DNA of 61,958 nucleotides, filler included, from Podarcis melisellensis (GCA_964234715.1; 5 parts of 5 records of this genome joined end to end with filler, not necessarily neighbours in it), one strand, 5' to 3'. Counted from the first letter of the whole stretch, positions 25,775-39,892 are shown. Program-made: numbers and translations. The notes: generated from the letters alone by a model not told the origin.

Positions 25775-26440
25775 TAGTTGTTGACGTTCATCTGTCTTGG
25801 AAGATAATGGAAAAGTACACCTTCAGGGGTAAAGTAGAATTGTTGGAGAGTTTCAGCGTTTGTGGCTGTGAAGACCAATACAGAAGAGACATGTTGTATT
25901 GTAGGTGTGTAGATGAAGATATCTAGTTTTGCTGCTACAGGTTCAACATGGCGTTTCTTCTCTCTGTGTTTCTTCCAAAAGTCATTCCGCCTCTGGTCAC
26001 TGTTGTGAATATACAACCTGTCTGTCTCCAGACTGCAATAGTCTGCAAGGGATTCCCGTATGGCGAGGTTAATGTTGCCAGCCTTCATGTCATGTTTGCA
26101 GGCATCTTTGTTCTGCAGAGTTGGTCTGCTAACAGCCCTAATGTGGAAGCTATCTGCTCTCCCTTGGGGATCCTGCCATCTTCCATTCTGTGGACATGAC
26201 CAAGCCACAGTAGATGTCGCTGAGAACATGTTGGAAATGAGGTCTTAGGAGAGCACACATTTGTTTAAGACTCCACCCTGCCATGTGATGCCTAAAATCT
26301 TCCTGACACAGAGATATGGAAGGCATTGAGGCATTGCTCCTGCTGGGTGTAAGTTGCCCACGACCCACTTCCATAAAGCAGCATGCTCAAAACGCAAGCC
26401 TGGTAGACCTTTGCCTTGCTATGTTTGGTTATGACCAACC
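25775..26440 (-). mobile_element. Degraded RTE-clade LINE 3' fragment (not BovB)
   Basis: Frameshifted peptides KVYQACVLSMLLYGSGSWATY, RPTLQNKDACKHDMKAGNI and a DGRIP-like motif, typical of the C-terminal part of RTE ORFs. Confidence 0.8.
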
Positions 26441-27541
26441 AACCAACCAACCAACCAACCACAAGTTCAGGTTCAAAGGTCCCAGCAAGCCAAAGCTTGC
26501 ATTGTTTCATGTCAGCAACAGGGCCGGATAACTTTTCAGTAATATGCACATTAAACCATAGTTTCTTTTTATCTATTTTTTAAATGTAACATTCAAAGCA
26601 GATGTTTGCAGAAGGATTCCAGAGACCCATATGAACTTACCTATTATGTTCCCAGTTGGACATTTTATATCACTGAGTGCCAACTCGCCTTTTACACTAG
26701 CTCAGTACTTGGTTATGTCTGCTGTGTGCCACTGAACATAGGTTTGCTATGAAGTCTTAGTTGGAATTGTGGCCACAGTCATTTGGATTCTTATTTGATC
26801 AGAAGTGGGTGAACCTGCTAGGTGGGTTGAAAACACTTGCAGGGCACAATGGACATATTTCTAACCAGAGGCAAGCAGTATGAAATAGACTAATGTTTAT
26901 CAAAGCATGAGCTGGGTCATTCTAAGGGAGCACATATACTTGCTGCCAAAGTGGAGTGAGTAAACAGGAGCTCACAAGTGTTTTGTTTTGTTTTTGAATA
27001 AGCTATGACTATACTGAGAGGCAAAACAGAGCCATGTGAGTGTAAGACGAAGTGGGAGGTCTAGACAGCTACTCAGCTTCACTGGGTGTATGCTAAGGAA
27101 CTGTGCTTTTATAATATCAAAGATCAATATGGAGCTTATTGTGGGACAGTCATATCCAGAGATGTCTATGTGCATGTGCAAAGCACTTCACCTTGCACTG
27201 GGGGTGGTGGGGAAGATTCCTCACCCCCACCCCACAACTCCATTCTCTCATGCCTTTTGGTGTGCTGCTCTGGAATAGCCTCTTACCTATTGAGAACAGC
27301 AAAGTAATGCCACTAGAAGACGCAGAAAACCATTTGAAGTGCTTTGGATGCCTGCTTATGAGTCAATATGTTTTTAACGGTGGTACATTTGGAGACAAAG
27401 CATGGCATTTAGCAGTGACAATCTATGGCATAGTGAGCTGGGAAGCTGCCAGGTAAACCTGCCTATCAAAATACAAACGTGGCAGTGTTTACATTCCTAC
27501 TTCTAAGTGTACTGTCAAAATGCAGGCCAAATGTGTCTTTA

Positions 27542-27760
27542 TAGTAGAACCTCTACTTATGACTGCCTCTACTTGGGCCTGATCCAAGTTGCGACTGTGG
27601 CAAACTCGGAAGTAAATACTTGGTTTGCCGCAATTTGCCCATGCACAGAAGTGTGCTGCCGCCAAATGCGCCTGTGCACAATGGCACTTCTACCACCAAT
27701 TGGATTGACTTACGGATGGACCTCTGGAACTGATTACGTCCATAAGTAGAGGTTTCACTG
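27542..27760. mobile_element. Mariner/Tigger-like MITE
   Basis: TIRs AGTAGAACCTCTACTTATG / CATAAGTAGAGGTTTCACTG with TA flanks. Confidence 0.75.
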
Positions 27761-27986
27761 TATATCCTAGTCATTCATTCACCGGGCGTTTCTCAAATTA
27801 CAGTGGTGTTCCACCCCAAAAACACATACTGTACTTGGAAAGCATGTGAGAGGCAACAATGTTGGACTTGATTTAATGAAGCTATAACACCAGGTTGCTA
27901 ACATTTCACAAAGATCCACTGCAATTAGCATACTGTTACCATTTGTTATGAGCTGAGAATTTGTCAAATGAACCAGTGTGGTGCAG

Positions 27987-28086
27987 NNNNNNNNNNNNNN
28001 NNNNNNNNNNNNNNNNNNNNNNNNNNNNNNTTAATTAATTAANNNNNNNNNNNNNNNNNNNNNNNNNNNNNNNNNNNNNNNNNNNN
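27987..28086. other. Artificial contig spacer
   Basis: 44 N + TTAATTAATTAA + 44 N. Confidence 0.98.
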
Positions 28087-28151
28087 AATCACCAATGATA
28101 TGTCCTGTTTTTATTTATTTTTCTTGTTGCCATACTCCATGCTTCTGATTT

Positions 28152-29108
28152 TCAACTTGTTGGGTTCTGTACAGAGAACAACCGTGAAACTGTCTTCTTA
28201 CATGCTCCCTTCACTTCTTTATTTCTTAGGGTATATATTATGGGGTTCAAAAATGGACTGACAACTGTGTACATAAGAGAAATCATTTGGTCACTCCGCG
28301 GAGTGTAGCTGGACTTGGGAATTAAGTAGTAGAAGAGGGCTGTCCCAAAAAATAGTGTCACCACCATGAGGTGTGAGGAGCAAGTGGAGAAGGCTTTTCT
28401 CCTTCCCTTGGCAGAAGGAAGTTTGAGGATGGTTGAAATTATACGGATGTAGGAGAGGATGATCAGTAGGAAAGGACTCATGATGAAAATAGTAGACACT
28501 GCCATGACAAGAATCTCATTTTTGGAGGTGTCTGTGCATGCCATTTTCACCACTGGTAGGATATCGCAGAAGAAGTGCTGGATGTGTTTAGAACCACAGA
28601 AGGGTAAACTGAATATCCATGTTGTTTGAGCAATTTCTACTGAGATGCAAGTAATCCATGATGCAGCTGCAAGCTGTGCACATACCCGGCGGTTCATGAT
28701 TACTGTGTAGTGCAATGGATGGCATATGGCAACATAGCGGTCATATGCCATAGATGCCAAGAGGCAACATTCTGTCAGCCCCAGGATGGTAAAGGCATAC
28801 ATCTGGGCTGCACATCTTGCTAGGGATATGCTTTTATGCTCTGTTAACAAATGTACCAGCATCTGGGGCACCACACTAGTGGTGTAACACATTTCTAAGA
28901 ATGATAGGTTTACCAAAAAGAAGTACATGGGAGTCTGAAGTGAAGGGTTGAGTTTTATGAGCAGAATAATGAGCGTGTTTCCCAGCAAGGTGATTATGTA
29001 TGTCACCAGAAAAACAAAAAACAGCAAGATTTGCAGTTCAGCAAGATATGAAAACCCCTCCAGAATGAACTCATTCAGATTGGTCTGGTTCTCACCTAGT
29101 TTTTCCAT
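28152..29108 (-). CDS. Intact class II olfactory receptor, 318 aa (family 10-like)
   Basis: Single-exon 7TM ORF with N-terminal NQT sequon and OR motifs PMYFFLVNLS, MAYDRYVAIC, HFFCD, KAFSTCSSHL and LNPIIYTLRN. A pyrimidine tract and CAG acceptor lie 12 nt upstream of the ATG. Confidence 0.97.
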   Translation of the reverse strand: MEKLGENQTNLNEFILEGFSYLAELQILLFFVFLVTYIITLLGNTLIILLIKLNPSLQTPMYFFLVNLSFLEMCYTTSVVPQMLVHLLTEHKSISLARCAAQMYAFTILGLTECCLLASMAYDRYVAICHPLHYTVIMNRRVCAQLAAASWITCISVEIAQTTWIFSLPFCGSKHIQHFFCDILPVVKMACTDTSKNEILVMAVSTIFIMSPFLLIILSYIRIISTILKLPSAKGRRKAFSTCSSHLMVVTLFFGTALFYYLIPKSSYTPRSDQMISLMYTVVSPFLNPIIYTLRNKEVKGACKKTVSRLFSVQNPTS

Positions 29109-30550
29109 AGAATGGATATCCTGTGTGGAAAAGGAAATGACAAATACAGATAATTAATTGAATGTGGTAATCATAGTAGAGGCACCTGGAGCATCCAAAA
29201 GACCCATCTAGTGGATGATCCTAATCTCACCTTGGAAAACAGAAGCCTACATGAAGCCCTCAAACAGGATAATAATGCAATAGCTCTCTCCCCAATGAGG
29301 ATTTCTTTCTGTGACTATGAAAGTAAGATGGCTGGCAGTCATTAGGATAATCTTCCTGGAGGCAAAAAAGTTCCCAAATTTTCCCACATTCCTTCTCAGA
29401 ATTTGGAATTCTAAATTAACTGGCTTTCTCCCTGGAAATAAAACCAATACATTAAAGAATCCTCCCATGGTTCCTTTCATATTTCTCAATCTTTCAATGA
29501 GCACAGTGTAGACACAATTTAGTTGCATTTCCAGCTTCCTCATATATCCCTGCTCTCTCCAAGTGCATCCACATTGCTAGTATACAGGTGTACGTTGAGA
29601 AAAAAGGATGCAGGAAAGAAGCTGTGTTATGTCCTCCCCCCCCCATTGACCAAAAACAGTGGTCAATGATACAGCTCTTTAAATATTAACAAATCTATTG
29701 TTACATAATAGTTCATGGTCAACAATCCACCAATGCTACTGATGACTTATACGAATTCCTAAAAAAGCATAAAAGAGTAAACCTGATCCAGATGTACATG
29801 CATTTGGATTAAGGTTTTCACCAGTTGTGTTTTATCACTGTACAGAGCCGCTTTATATCTCAGCAAAGCACAACACTTTTAAAAAAGCCATCACATGTTC
29901 AATATCATCACATTGTTATTACTGATGCTGCCAGAACTCATTCATGTAGATTATTTTTAAAGTCACAAATTAATTTCTTTGCCCCCTTCCATCAAAGCTT
30001 TTAAGGCTGGGATGAAGAACTTGTGGTTTTCCAACTATTAGTGGACTATTTTCCATGTCAGCCACGGACAATGGAACTCGGATTCCACTAAAACCTTGGG
30101 GCTACCCACATATCTCCCACCCGTTTTACACTGTTCTAAAGCATCAGCTGATCTGTTTGGTGAAGCAGTCTTCAAACTGCAACCTCCTATTAGCCGTGAA
30201 ATGGAAAGCACTCAGGTACAATGGGTTGTACTCAACACTGCTCTTCCACTCACAGAAGAGATTCCACTTGTGCATGGGAACTTAGATTCTCCTGAAGCAC
30301 CCATACACCCTCAAAATCTGCTCTAGTAGGTTTAGCGACCATATGGAGCACACTGGGGGAAGGGGGGCATGTGATCAGAAAATGAAACTGAAGTCCCATT
30401 GCTTGAATGCTATGAGCACTGTAACTTTTCTTCACTGTGATCTGTGGCTTTGTAGGTAGAGTAAGGTAAAACACTGAAAAACACACACTAGTTTGATTTG
30501 AATCGTTTATATTCCTTTATTTCTTCATTTCTTTCATGGCTTGAATTTTC

Positions 30551-30650
30551 NNNNNNNNNNNNNNNNNNNNNNNNNNNNNNNNNNNNNNNNNNNNTTAATT
30601 AATTAANNNNNNNNNNNNNNNNNNNNNNNNNNNNNNNNNNNNNNNNNNNN
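30551..30650. other. Artificial contig spacer
   Basis: 44 N + TTAATTAATTAA + 44 N. Confidence 0.98.
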
Positions 30651-32897
30651 TCTTCATGCTACATAACCTGTATGAGAGAGGATTTTATGAGATTACTGCA
30701 TTGTGTGTAGCTATATTTGAATTCACGGTGGCTTCCTTTTGCTAACTAAACTAAGCCTGATACCTATCAGTCTTGCCAGTTGTTAAAACACTCACACACA
30801 TACACAATTCGCAAGGATCAAATATATAATGGAAAGTTGTCCCCCCCCCCTCCTTTGACACTTTCTTTTTTGGGTATTTCCTATTTGAAACTGCTTGAAG
30901 TATAGTCTCCAGATAGCCATGCTTGGTAGCAGCTATGTGATTATGTTTAAAAATACACCCACGGAACATACTCAGTGCTACAGAAGAAATATTATATAAA
31001 AAGATGGGGTTATCCCAAAGTCATTCACCTCAGGATACATTACAATGAATGAATTGCAACTGAGAATGAGATCCGTATGCAGCACAACCTCTGGACACTT
31101 CCTGCAAATGTACCTTGAGACTTCTGTAAAATCTCCAAGGATAAATAAACTTATTATTACCTAGTTTCGGGCATTTTAATGCTATATGCCGGTGAAAGAG
31201 AGCAATAGGAGAGGGAAAAAAAGGTGAAAAAGCAAACACACATTCCAAATTGCAGCACTGCAAGACCATTCTACTTTCTCAGTGCATAATCAGCTAACAC
31301 ACCCACTTTTGCTGTATCCTGTATAATGTGGCAAATGGGAATTTGAGCATCTCACCGTAGGGGCGACGCACAAGGACCAGATGTGTATAGAGTAAACTCC
31401 TACCACTTTGGGAGATATGAATACATTATCCCTCCCTTCCCACATTTCACAAGTTGTATGAAAAGAAGAAACAGGAGTCATTAGCATCTGCTTTGTTTAC
31501 GCCTGTTTGTAACACCAGAAACCACCCCATATGTAGATACTGTGGGAGGAAGCCAATTGTGTTGCAGTAACCAGAAGAAATTTGACGCCCTAATGTTTCA
31601 GTTCAGCCTCTCCTCAGCAATTCAACATGATTGGTGGCAACAGATGAAAGTCTCCAGCTGATGTGTTAATAGATTAGCAAGTCAGATATACCAAAATGAG
31701 AATTAATTGAACAGATCTCTTGGCAAATTGGGAGGGGTGGTTATAAAGTGCCAGTGTGCTGATGGCAGACCCTGAAAAGTGCCTCTACCATGAAACAAAA
31801 GGGCATAAACAATTTCACACAAATATGTAGCCTTCACAGAAGCTCATCTCAGTGTGAGCAGAAGGCAGTGAGGATGGTCAGTAGCAGAGCAATCCTGCAT
31901 GTAAAAAAATACATGTGGTAAGAGGTGGGAAAAAGTAGTCTGAACTTTTTCTTTTTAAAAAAATGCTTTGTAAGTCCAAAAGCATAGCCAATAAAAGGCT
32001 GATCTGACTTAAAGCAAGACAGTCGTTCTAAACTGTGGTGGGCATGGCTTTGAGGCGCATTTCCTGAATTCTGAGGCATTGCATTTGAGGGAAGACAAGA
32101 TGCGTTGATAACACTTTTGTCTCACATTAGATTCTCTCTTGGTTCGTATATTGGCCGACAGTTGCCACTTGTGTTTGGAGGCTTAAGTCATGTGTTTGGG
32201 TTACCTAGAGCAAGCCTGTGGAATTATCAGACACATTACAGTATTCACATTTCTGGAGTTTGTTGTTGTTTCACTATAAGCTAGTAAAAGTTACATATAA
32301 AGCACATTACACTACCCCTGTCTGCCCACATAGAATTGTAGAGTTGGAATGCAGGATGTGGTAGTTGTTTCTCAGGCTCCCATAATGCATGAAATAATCC
32401 ACCTTGCTATCCTCCTTCAAGCTCCCCTTCAGTTCTTCAAAAACCTGGAGGGATGTGAGCTACAGCTAAGCTATAATTTCTCAGAAGACATTGCTCTGAT
32501 AAAATTTCCGAGACGTTTCTTTTTCATCATCCCTTTGAAAAGAAAGCTGCTTAATAGAATTTTCTCCAAATATTGTCCATATTTTTTCTGAGTTGGCCAT
32601 CATTTCCATGTTCTGGAATGCATTCAACCAGGGACACTGAGGAGGGTGCAAAAGGATGGCCAGGATGCCAACACAGTTGTTGTTGCTGCTGCTGGCACTT
32701 ACAGTTGTGTGGCAGGAAGGGGTAACTCAGTGAAAAAGATAGACATTGTGCTACTGCCAGTGCTAATAGTAAGACCCGCCTCAATAAACTATTGGGAGAA
32801 TTTCACCTCCCCATGGAGAAAATCAATGTGGTGAAATTGTTTCCCCAATTTCTTTGCCCTCAAGTAGGATGGTGAATTTTGAGAAGCTGTTTGCACA

Positions 32898-33228
32898 AAG
32901 GTAGCGGTAAATGGTAAAGGACCCCTGGACGGTCCAGTTGAATTTGACAATGGGGTGCGGTGCTGGTGTTTGTCCGCAGACAGATTTCCGTTTTCTAGCG
33001 CAATGGGACACCGTGACGAAAACCAGAGTGCACACAAACGCTGTTTACCTTCCTGCAACAGCGGTACCTGTTTATCTATTTGCACTTCGTGCATTTGAAC
33101 TGCTAGGTTGGGAGAAGGTGAGACAAAGCAACAGGAGCTCATCCCATTCTGCAGATTTGAACTGCTGACCTAATGATCTGAAAGCCCAAAAGTCTTGGTG
33201 GTTTAGACCACAGTACCACCTGCATCCC
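32898..33228 (-). mobile_element. Older Sauria SINE copy
   Basis: Degenerate reverse complement of 9354-9708, with a GGTAAAGGACCCCTG tail. Confidence 0.8.
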
Positions 33229-33321
33229 AAAGCTCTAATATGGACACTCAACTGGTTTGGGGTGCTAAGTCCATTTGGCTTATTTAGCTAGCCATAATGA
33301 AATAATACCAACTGGAGGTAC

Positions 33322-34119
33322 TGTAAATCGGGTCCTCCCTTAAAGAGGCACGTATTGCGTTGAGACCTGAAAAACTGACACCCTGTGTTGTGGGTGGGTA
33401 CGATTGGTCAGCCACAACACCCGATTGGTAGGTCCCTCGAAGCTGGGTACAATCTGGCCAATGGGACACAGTTCAAATGGTTCGAGGGATCCATTTATGC
33501 CCATGCACGTGACCCAGAGCTTCCTCTTTCGGCGCTTTCATTCGGAACACCCGCCCACCTCTCCCTACTTTTAGGGCTTGTTGTGCTCGACCTTGCTATG
33601 CCATCGTGTGTTGTCTGTCATTGGGACAGGGGCACGGCAGGGCTTTCCCCCACTTGGTTGATTGGCTGTTGCCATTTGGGTTTCACCTGCCACGTAGCAA
33701 ATCTTCACAACTTGTAAGGTTGCAGATAGGCTCTGGTTCAGGTGAAAGGGATGGCAGAACGCTCTCGCCATCCCTATGTGAAGGGTATTCCGTTAAAGGA
33801 ATCCAGGGACTTGATGGTTTGGTCAACCCCTGAGAGGAGGTTGTGCCCGTGCCTGAGTCCAGGGGGAGATTTGGGTGACGGAGTTAGCCCGTTCCCGGCT
33901 TTCCGCTTATCCAGGTGTTCACCCTTGGATGACCTATGCTGGAACCCTGGGTCAGCACTACCTGCATGGCAGGGGGCTAGTCAAACCAGAGCCTATGCAA
34001 CCAGTCACTTTCTGTAAACAATAAAGATGTGGCCTAAATTCTGCCAAAAACCAAAACCAAAATTTTGAGTCAAGTGTGAATTTATTTAGGGGGGGGGGGT
34101 TTCTGGGTCTGAACATACA
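33322..34119 (+). mobile_element. Solo LTR related to 551-1329
   Basis: TGTA...TACA termini, AATAAA at 34020-34025, blockwise homology to the LTR at 551-1329. No clear TSD. Confidence 0.7.
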
Positions 34120-35870
34120 ATGTCTAGTCTCTGTGGAAGCTAAGTATTATTCATGTGGCACTATCAGCATACACCACACTTTACTGAAAAACATTAAGTA
34201 AGCAACAGGCCCTTCCCTCAAGGAGTTTGCAGTCTCACACATTATTTAAAAGATTTTTTTTTTTTAAAAAAAGGGAAATAGAATAGAAGTAAGTCTGGGC
34301 TTAAAAGCAGACAAAATATCAACATAACATTTAAGAATTAATAAATGGAAAGCGTACAGCTGAAAAACATACAAGTCTAGTGGCTCGCAAAATGTCTCTG
34401 TTGCCCGTTCCCTTCTTATCAAATAACATCAGAATCAAGTTAGGAAGGAAAGGGGAAAAGTGAAGAGCTGCTTATGACATTTTGATTGGTGGTGTTTTGC
34501 CCTGAAATACACTGCTTATGCTACTAGCCTAGAGGGTATCTCGTTCTGCCAGGACTCACATGTTATTTTTAGAGCAAAATAGAATGTAGCACATTTCAGG
34601 AATTTTAAACTACCTTCAAGGCACTGGTTGAACTTTCGCAGACATCTTGTTTGTATTAGTGAAGAGAAACAAACTGTAAAATTACTTCCCTACGAAATAC
34701 CGGTAGGTATGCATTGCGTATTTTAATTAGAAACAGCTTTTAGCACAACAATTTCCTCTTTGCTAAAGAGTCCAATGATTTTTTTTTAAGGATACATGTA
34801 CTAGCAAATGCTGAAAGCTAGATATGAAATCGGAATTTGCTTTTGGCTTCTTAGCTGTTCTTCCTGGAGTAATGGAGAGAAGGAGGTCAGTGTGTGTGTT
34901 GGTGGGGAAGGGATAATGGAAGATAAATACTCCACCCATATATAATTATGAGGGTGTTTATCACGTAGTTATGTAAGGCAGTTTTCCATTTTAATATACT
35001 CAGTAGATTCGCCTAGTCTTTGTAAAAAAAGTTAAGTATCTGGGTGTAAACTTGCCGGAGAAAAACTTGAATTTATATAGATTTATATATAGTAGATTCA
35101 TTTATATAGTAGATTCATTTTAGTACACAGTACTAGGACTAGGTGAGAGAGGGAAGCAAATCAGACGAGTTAGTAACCTCTCCTTTCTCTTTTCAACTTC
35201 AACTTCATTTTTCTCTTTTCAGCTGCAACACTACAAGTCAATGCCATAATTAAAATTACCTTTATTGACACCCAGTTCTTCCTACCACTAACAAAACACC
35301 TCTTCCAATTCAGGATTTTTACTATAAGGAAAGCTGTGTTGGCATTAGGCAGGATGTACTGAAGTTGCGGGGGTGGCAGGGCTTTTCTCAGTTCCCCTTT
35401 TCTCAATCTCTTATGGCTCCCAGCAAGTGCTTTTGACTGATATTCTTCAGAAAGTTCAGGATAATGTGCAGGTGTTCTCACATCAGTTGAACGGGAAATG
35501 CAGGAGCTACCTTATTCCATCTTAGACTATTTGTCTGCCTAACCCAGTATTGTTTACTCTGGCTAGCAGCAGCTCTCAAGGCACTTTCCTATCACCTTTT
35601 AACTAGAGGTATCAGGCATTGGCCCTAGGGACCTTCTGCATGTGAAGCACACCCTGTATCACTGAGCTACTGCCCTATCACACTGTCCTAATTCCCCACC
35701 CAGTTTATCTCCCATAAAGGCACAGAAAAGGATGAGATCTTTGAGCAGAGGACTGCAGCATGTTTTCTCACACCATTCTCTCCAAAATCGATCCCAGAAG
35801 CACCAGTAGATGCCACTACAATAGTGTTTGTGTCCATAACTGGCTGCAGAATAAGGTGGAGGGGAGATAT

Positions 35871-36263
35871 TGTAAAAACGCCCTGGGGTGCCCCTGCAGC
35901 CCCCGAACTCCAAGCTTCCTCCAGTATGCGCAGTTCTGGAAAAGGCATCCCCCTTCTTCTCCAGTGCGCTTCAGCGATATATACCAACTGATTTATGCAC
36001 ACTAATCTGCTGGCGTAACACAGCAAGAAGAACAAGACATCGTAGAGCCAATCTACGTATTTATTTACACACTACATACAAAAAAATCATTGCATCCTTT
36101 CTCTCCAGCTCCGAGAGCACAGACAGGGCAAAAGCAAAACTACAGTGTAACAGTACACACAGCGGAAAAGATAAGACTGTCTTCCGTTCCCACACACTCT
36201 CCCAGACAGGCATGTCAATTACACCAATCACATCTGCAGCATCGGAGGCATGAAATACTAACA
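35871..36263 (-). mobile_element. Solo LTR-like element (TGT...ACA) between ~135-140-bp direct repeats
   Basis: TG/CA termini; minus-strand AATAAA at 36060-36065; flanking repeats at 35733-35866 and 36272-36406. Confidence 0.6.
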
Positions 36264-38093
36264 GAGCAGGCTGAGATCTTTGAGCAAAGGACTGCAGCGT
36301 GTTTTCTCACACCATTCTCTCCGAAATCAATCCCAGAAGCACCAGTAGATGCCACTATAGTAGTGTTATTTGTCCATAACTGGCTGCAGCATAAGGTGGA
36401 GGGGAGGGGGCAGGACAACTGCACAATGACAGTGAGAATGGATGAGGGTCTAGTGAATCCTGGGCTGGTTCAGGCCTTCTTTGCCTAGAGAATGAGCCAT
36501 TTGGGGGGACTTTCAGTGGCTGCCATCAGTAGGCAGCCCACCAACCATATTCCCACCCACCTGTATGTTCATCAGGCAAAACGTAGAGGTCAGTGATGGA
36601 GTGATACCTGCATCACTCTGGCTTGGTTGGAGGCCAACTGGCTTAGCTGGGATAGCTGGGTGGAGGAGCCCCTCTGCCTAATCAAGTGCCCCCCCTGCCC
36701 CCCACCAGCCTGGCATAAGGGTGCTTTGGATTGCTCTGCCCTTACTGAATTTGCCATTTTTACCTTTAAGTGTGATCATGATTTGTTTCCAGTGCAAAAG
36801 CATCCTGGTGAACAAATTAAAGCCCAGAAAATTTAAATTTATGGCATATAGGATAGGATTAGCAAGAAAACGCTTAAAGAACAAGAAAATAGGAAGCTGT
36901 GATCTCACATAGTGTCTTCATTTACTCTGTATACAATCACATAAAAAATCCAGCAGCAGCAGCAGCAGGAATGTCTAGCAGCATTTATAAAAATAGCATG
37001 TTCTTTCACTAGCTTTTTAAAATATATATATAAAAAAGCAGTGTAAAAGAACATTTTTTATCTAACGCTATTATGGCTTTTTGCACTGCCATCAGAAACC
37101 ACATACAACAACAATTGAGAGAGCAACAGCAAATCTCTTATACTGATCTCTGCACGTATTTTAACACCTGGAGAGTGTTTTAATGAAATGACAAAATGCC
37201 AAGGTTGAGGCCAGGAAGGGAAGAGAATATCATTATTATAAATGTCGAAATACTTAAGAGTTCATGTTCCATACTGTCAGCCTGACTTTTTTGGACACCT
37301 ACAGTAGCAAAAGTAGGATATTTGGTACTTCCCAAGTATGTAATGAAAAGAAATTATTCTTTTGAAAAACATGTTGCGATTCTTCCCCCCCTCAATAAAT
37401 CTGTATGTTTTGCTTTAATTTTGCAGCTTCTCTCCAGAAGAGCATTACTCGTGTGCACAAATTGATAGTTTATAGAGAAGTGCTCTTTAAACACTCATTT
37501 ACATTTTGAGTTGGGCATAATAATTTTGTTTTGGAAGATTTGGTCATATATGGCTTAAACTCAGCATTTCTTGGGCAGCTTTGCTTCCCATAAATTATCA
37601 TGCTCTTAGAACAATGGATGCAACTTGTATTATATGCCTTCTTTTAAGGGAGCGCTATTCAATGTTTGCCCACATTGTAGAAAAGCATCCTGGAAGAGGC
37701 ACAACAGTAGCACCACAACTTATATTGTGAGAGGGAAGACCATAATGTTTCTAAAGCCATTCACACTGTGTTGAATGCCTCCAGGCTGCTTTCAAGGTTG
37801 AGCAAAGAATTGTAAGGCACTCCATGTCCTGAAAAGTGCTTAATTATCATGAATAATTATTAGCAAAAGCTTTCCCGTCCCTTACACCCAGGGGTAGCCA
37901 AGAAATGTGTAACTCTACCACTAAGATAAGAGGTAGGCTTGCCATGCATAAAATTATTTTCCATATCACTGAGTTCCAAAGCAACTCATTTGCTTCATTG
38001 ACTTCATACACTGAGAATGTAATATTATACATGAATGAGCGTGAGTAATTCCCACTAAATTCTGTTTGGGCTTATTTCCTAGGTAGTAGGATA

Positions 38094-38335
38094 CAGTGGT
38101 ACCTCGGGTTAGGTACTGAATTCATTCCGGAGGTTTGTTCTTAACCTGAAACTTTTCTTAACCTGAAGCACCACTTTAGCTAATGGGGCCTCCTGCTGCT
38201 GCCGCGCCGCCAGAGCACGATTTCCGTTCTCATCCTGAAGCAAAGTTCTTAACCTGAGGTACTATTTCTGGGTTAGCGGAGTCTGTAACCTGAAGCACAT
38301 GCAACCTGAAGCGTATGTAACCTGAGGTACCACTG
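38094..38335. mobile_element. Mariner/Tigger-like MITE
   Basis: TIRs CAGTGGTACCTC / GAGGTACCACTG, TA flanks, internal AACCTGA repeats. Confidence 0.88.
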
Positions 38336-38552
38336 TATAGGATTACAGCCTGAAGAGGAAATAGCATAGACCTCCATGAGATGACGGAGCACACTTCTAA
38401 CTCTTTGGATGCGTTGTGATATGGATGGAAGTGAGCCTGTCTAATAGTTGCTTTTGTCTATATGTCTCTTCATCCTCTTTACCTTGATTCTCATGGAGGA
38501 GGAAAGAGGAATGGAGCAAAGGCCATCAGAGGAAGAAACACATATATACAAG

Positions 38553-38683
38553 CAGGGCTCTTTTCTTTTTCTACCGGAACTCCGTTCCGGCACCTCTCAG
38601 GTGGGCGCCATTGCCATTATAAGAGAACCAGGGAGGCGTTCAAGGTGAGTTTCGGCACCTCTTTTTCTAGAAAAATAGCACTG
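38553..38683. mobile_element. Small hAT-like MITE
   Basis: CAG...CTG imperfect TIRs, internal CGGCACCTCT repeats, and similar 8-bp flanks TATACAAG / GATATAAG. Confidence 0.55.
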
Positions 38684-39892
38684 GATATAAGGCCCTCCCT
38701 ATTTTTACCCTTCGTCTTTTTTATTCCTCACTTTCACTCTCAGCTACTTTCCTTTGTCTGCCTGTCTGCCATCTGAAAGCAGTGGGGCCTGTTTATTAAA
38801 GATTTTTGTAGTTCCGCAAACTTCAGGTCACCTCTGAGCATGTTTATATATTCCTTGTTTTCCCTCCGTGGCCCCCATTGGGCTGCCTGGTTGTTGGCAT
38901 TCACGAAATGAGTTTGCTATTTAGAGGGAGTGAAATACCAAACGGGCATAGTTGGAAGGCACCTTATTATTGATGGCTGTGATGCGCTTTCACCTGCTGT
39001 GACATTGCACTGGTGAACAGAGCCTCATGCTCAATCCTACACAATGTTGGAGCACAGAATAATTACAAGCCAATTTTCAACATGGTACAATAATCAGGAA
39101 AGCAAAGAAAGCAATCATAAGACTTTAAAAGATAACAGCAGTAGTGGGGAAAGGCAGGTCTGTAGCATCTTATCTTTGTTTGAGGGTGAAAAAACCCCCA
39201 AATTTATTAGCCAAATGGGGCAAACTGTTCCCCGACGCACATGAACACAGAGAAAAATGACAGGTACACGAATTGGTGACAGGCAGAGCTTTTCATTCAT
39301 TTCAAACAATACATTTGCAGCAAATATTCAAGTCCTCTGAGGAAACGTATGGTCATAGGTAGCATAGCACATCAGTTGCAAAATTGTTTTCAGTAATGAA
39401 CATCTGCAGTCGAGTCATAAATATGCAGTGGGAAGAGAGAGATTGGCAGATGTGTGAAGTTGTGAGAGGGAACTGATCTCTCCCAAGAGAATATTCCTTT
39501 GAAAGCATAAACTGAACAGAATGTGAGATGCAGGAATCATAAAGGAACAGAAGAGCTAGCTTATGACTCAGGAGATCTGGGGAACCCTTCCCAGTTTTAT
39601 TAAGGGTTTTCTATGGGACACAGGAATGATTTTCATGGTTTTTATCCATGCATTCCAAATGCTTAAGTCTGCTCAGAAAACCCCCACCCCACTCCAGCAC
39701 CTACAGGTTAGGCTAGAGTGTCTATGTATGATGAGAGGTTTGGGGAAGGGTTAGTGTTTGTGAATTCTTTAGAGTAAACTGAGTAGGACAAAATGGTGAC
39801 AGTAAGCGTCCCACTTACATTGCGATCACTTTATAACTAATAGTGCAATCCTATGTATGTTTGGACATTTCTCTAGTTTTGACCATGTTATG

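Noticed and set aside
35659-36488. Cluster of 100-130-aa ORFs with a repeated peptide
   Set aside because: Explained by the ~135-bp duplication and the LTR-like insert; no recognisable protein or splice structure.
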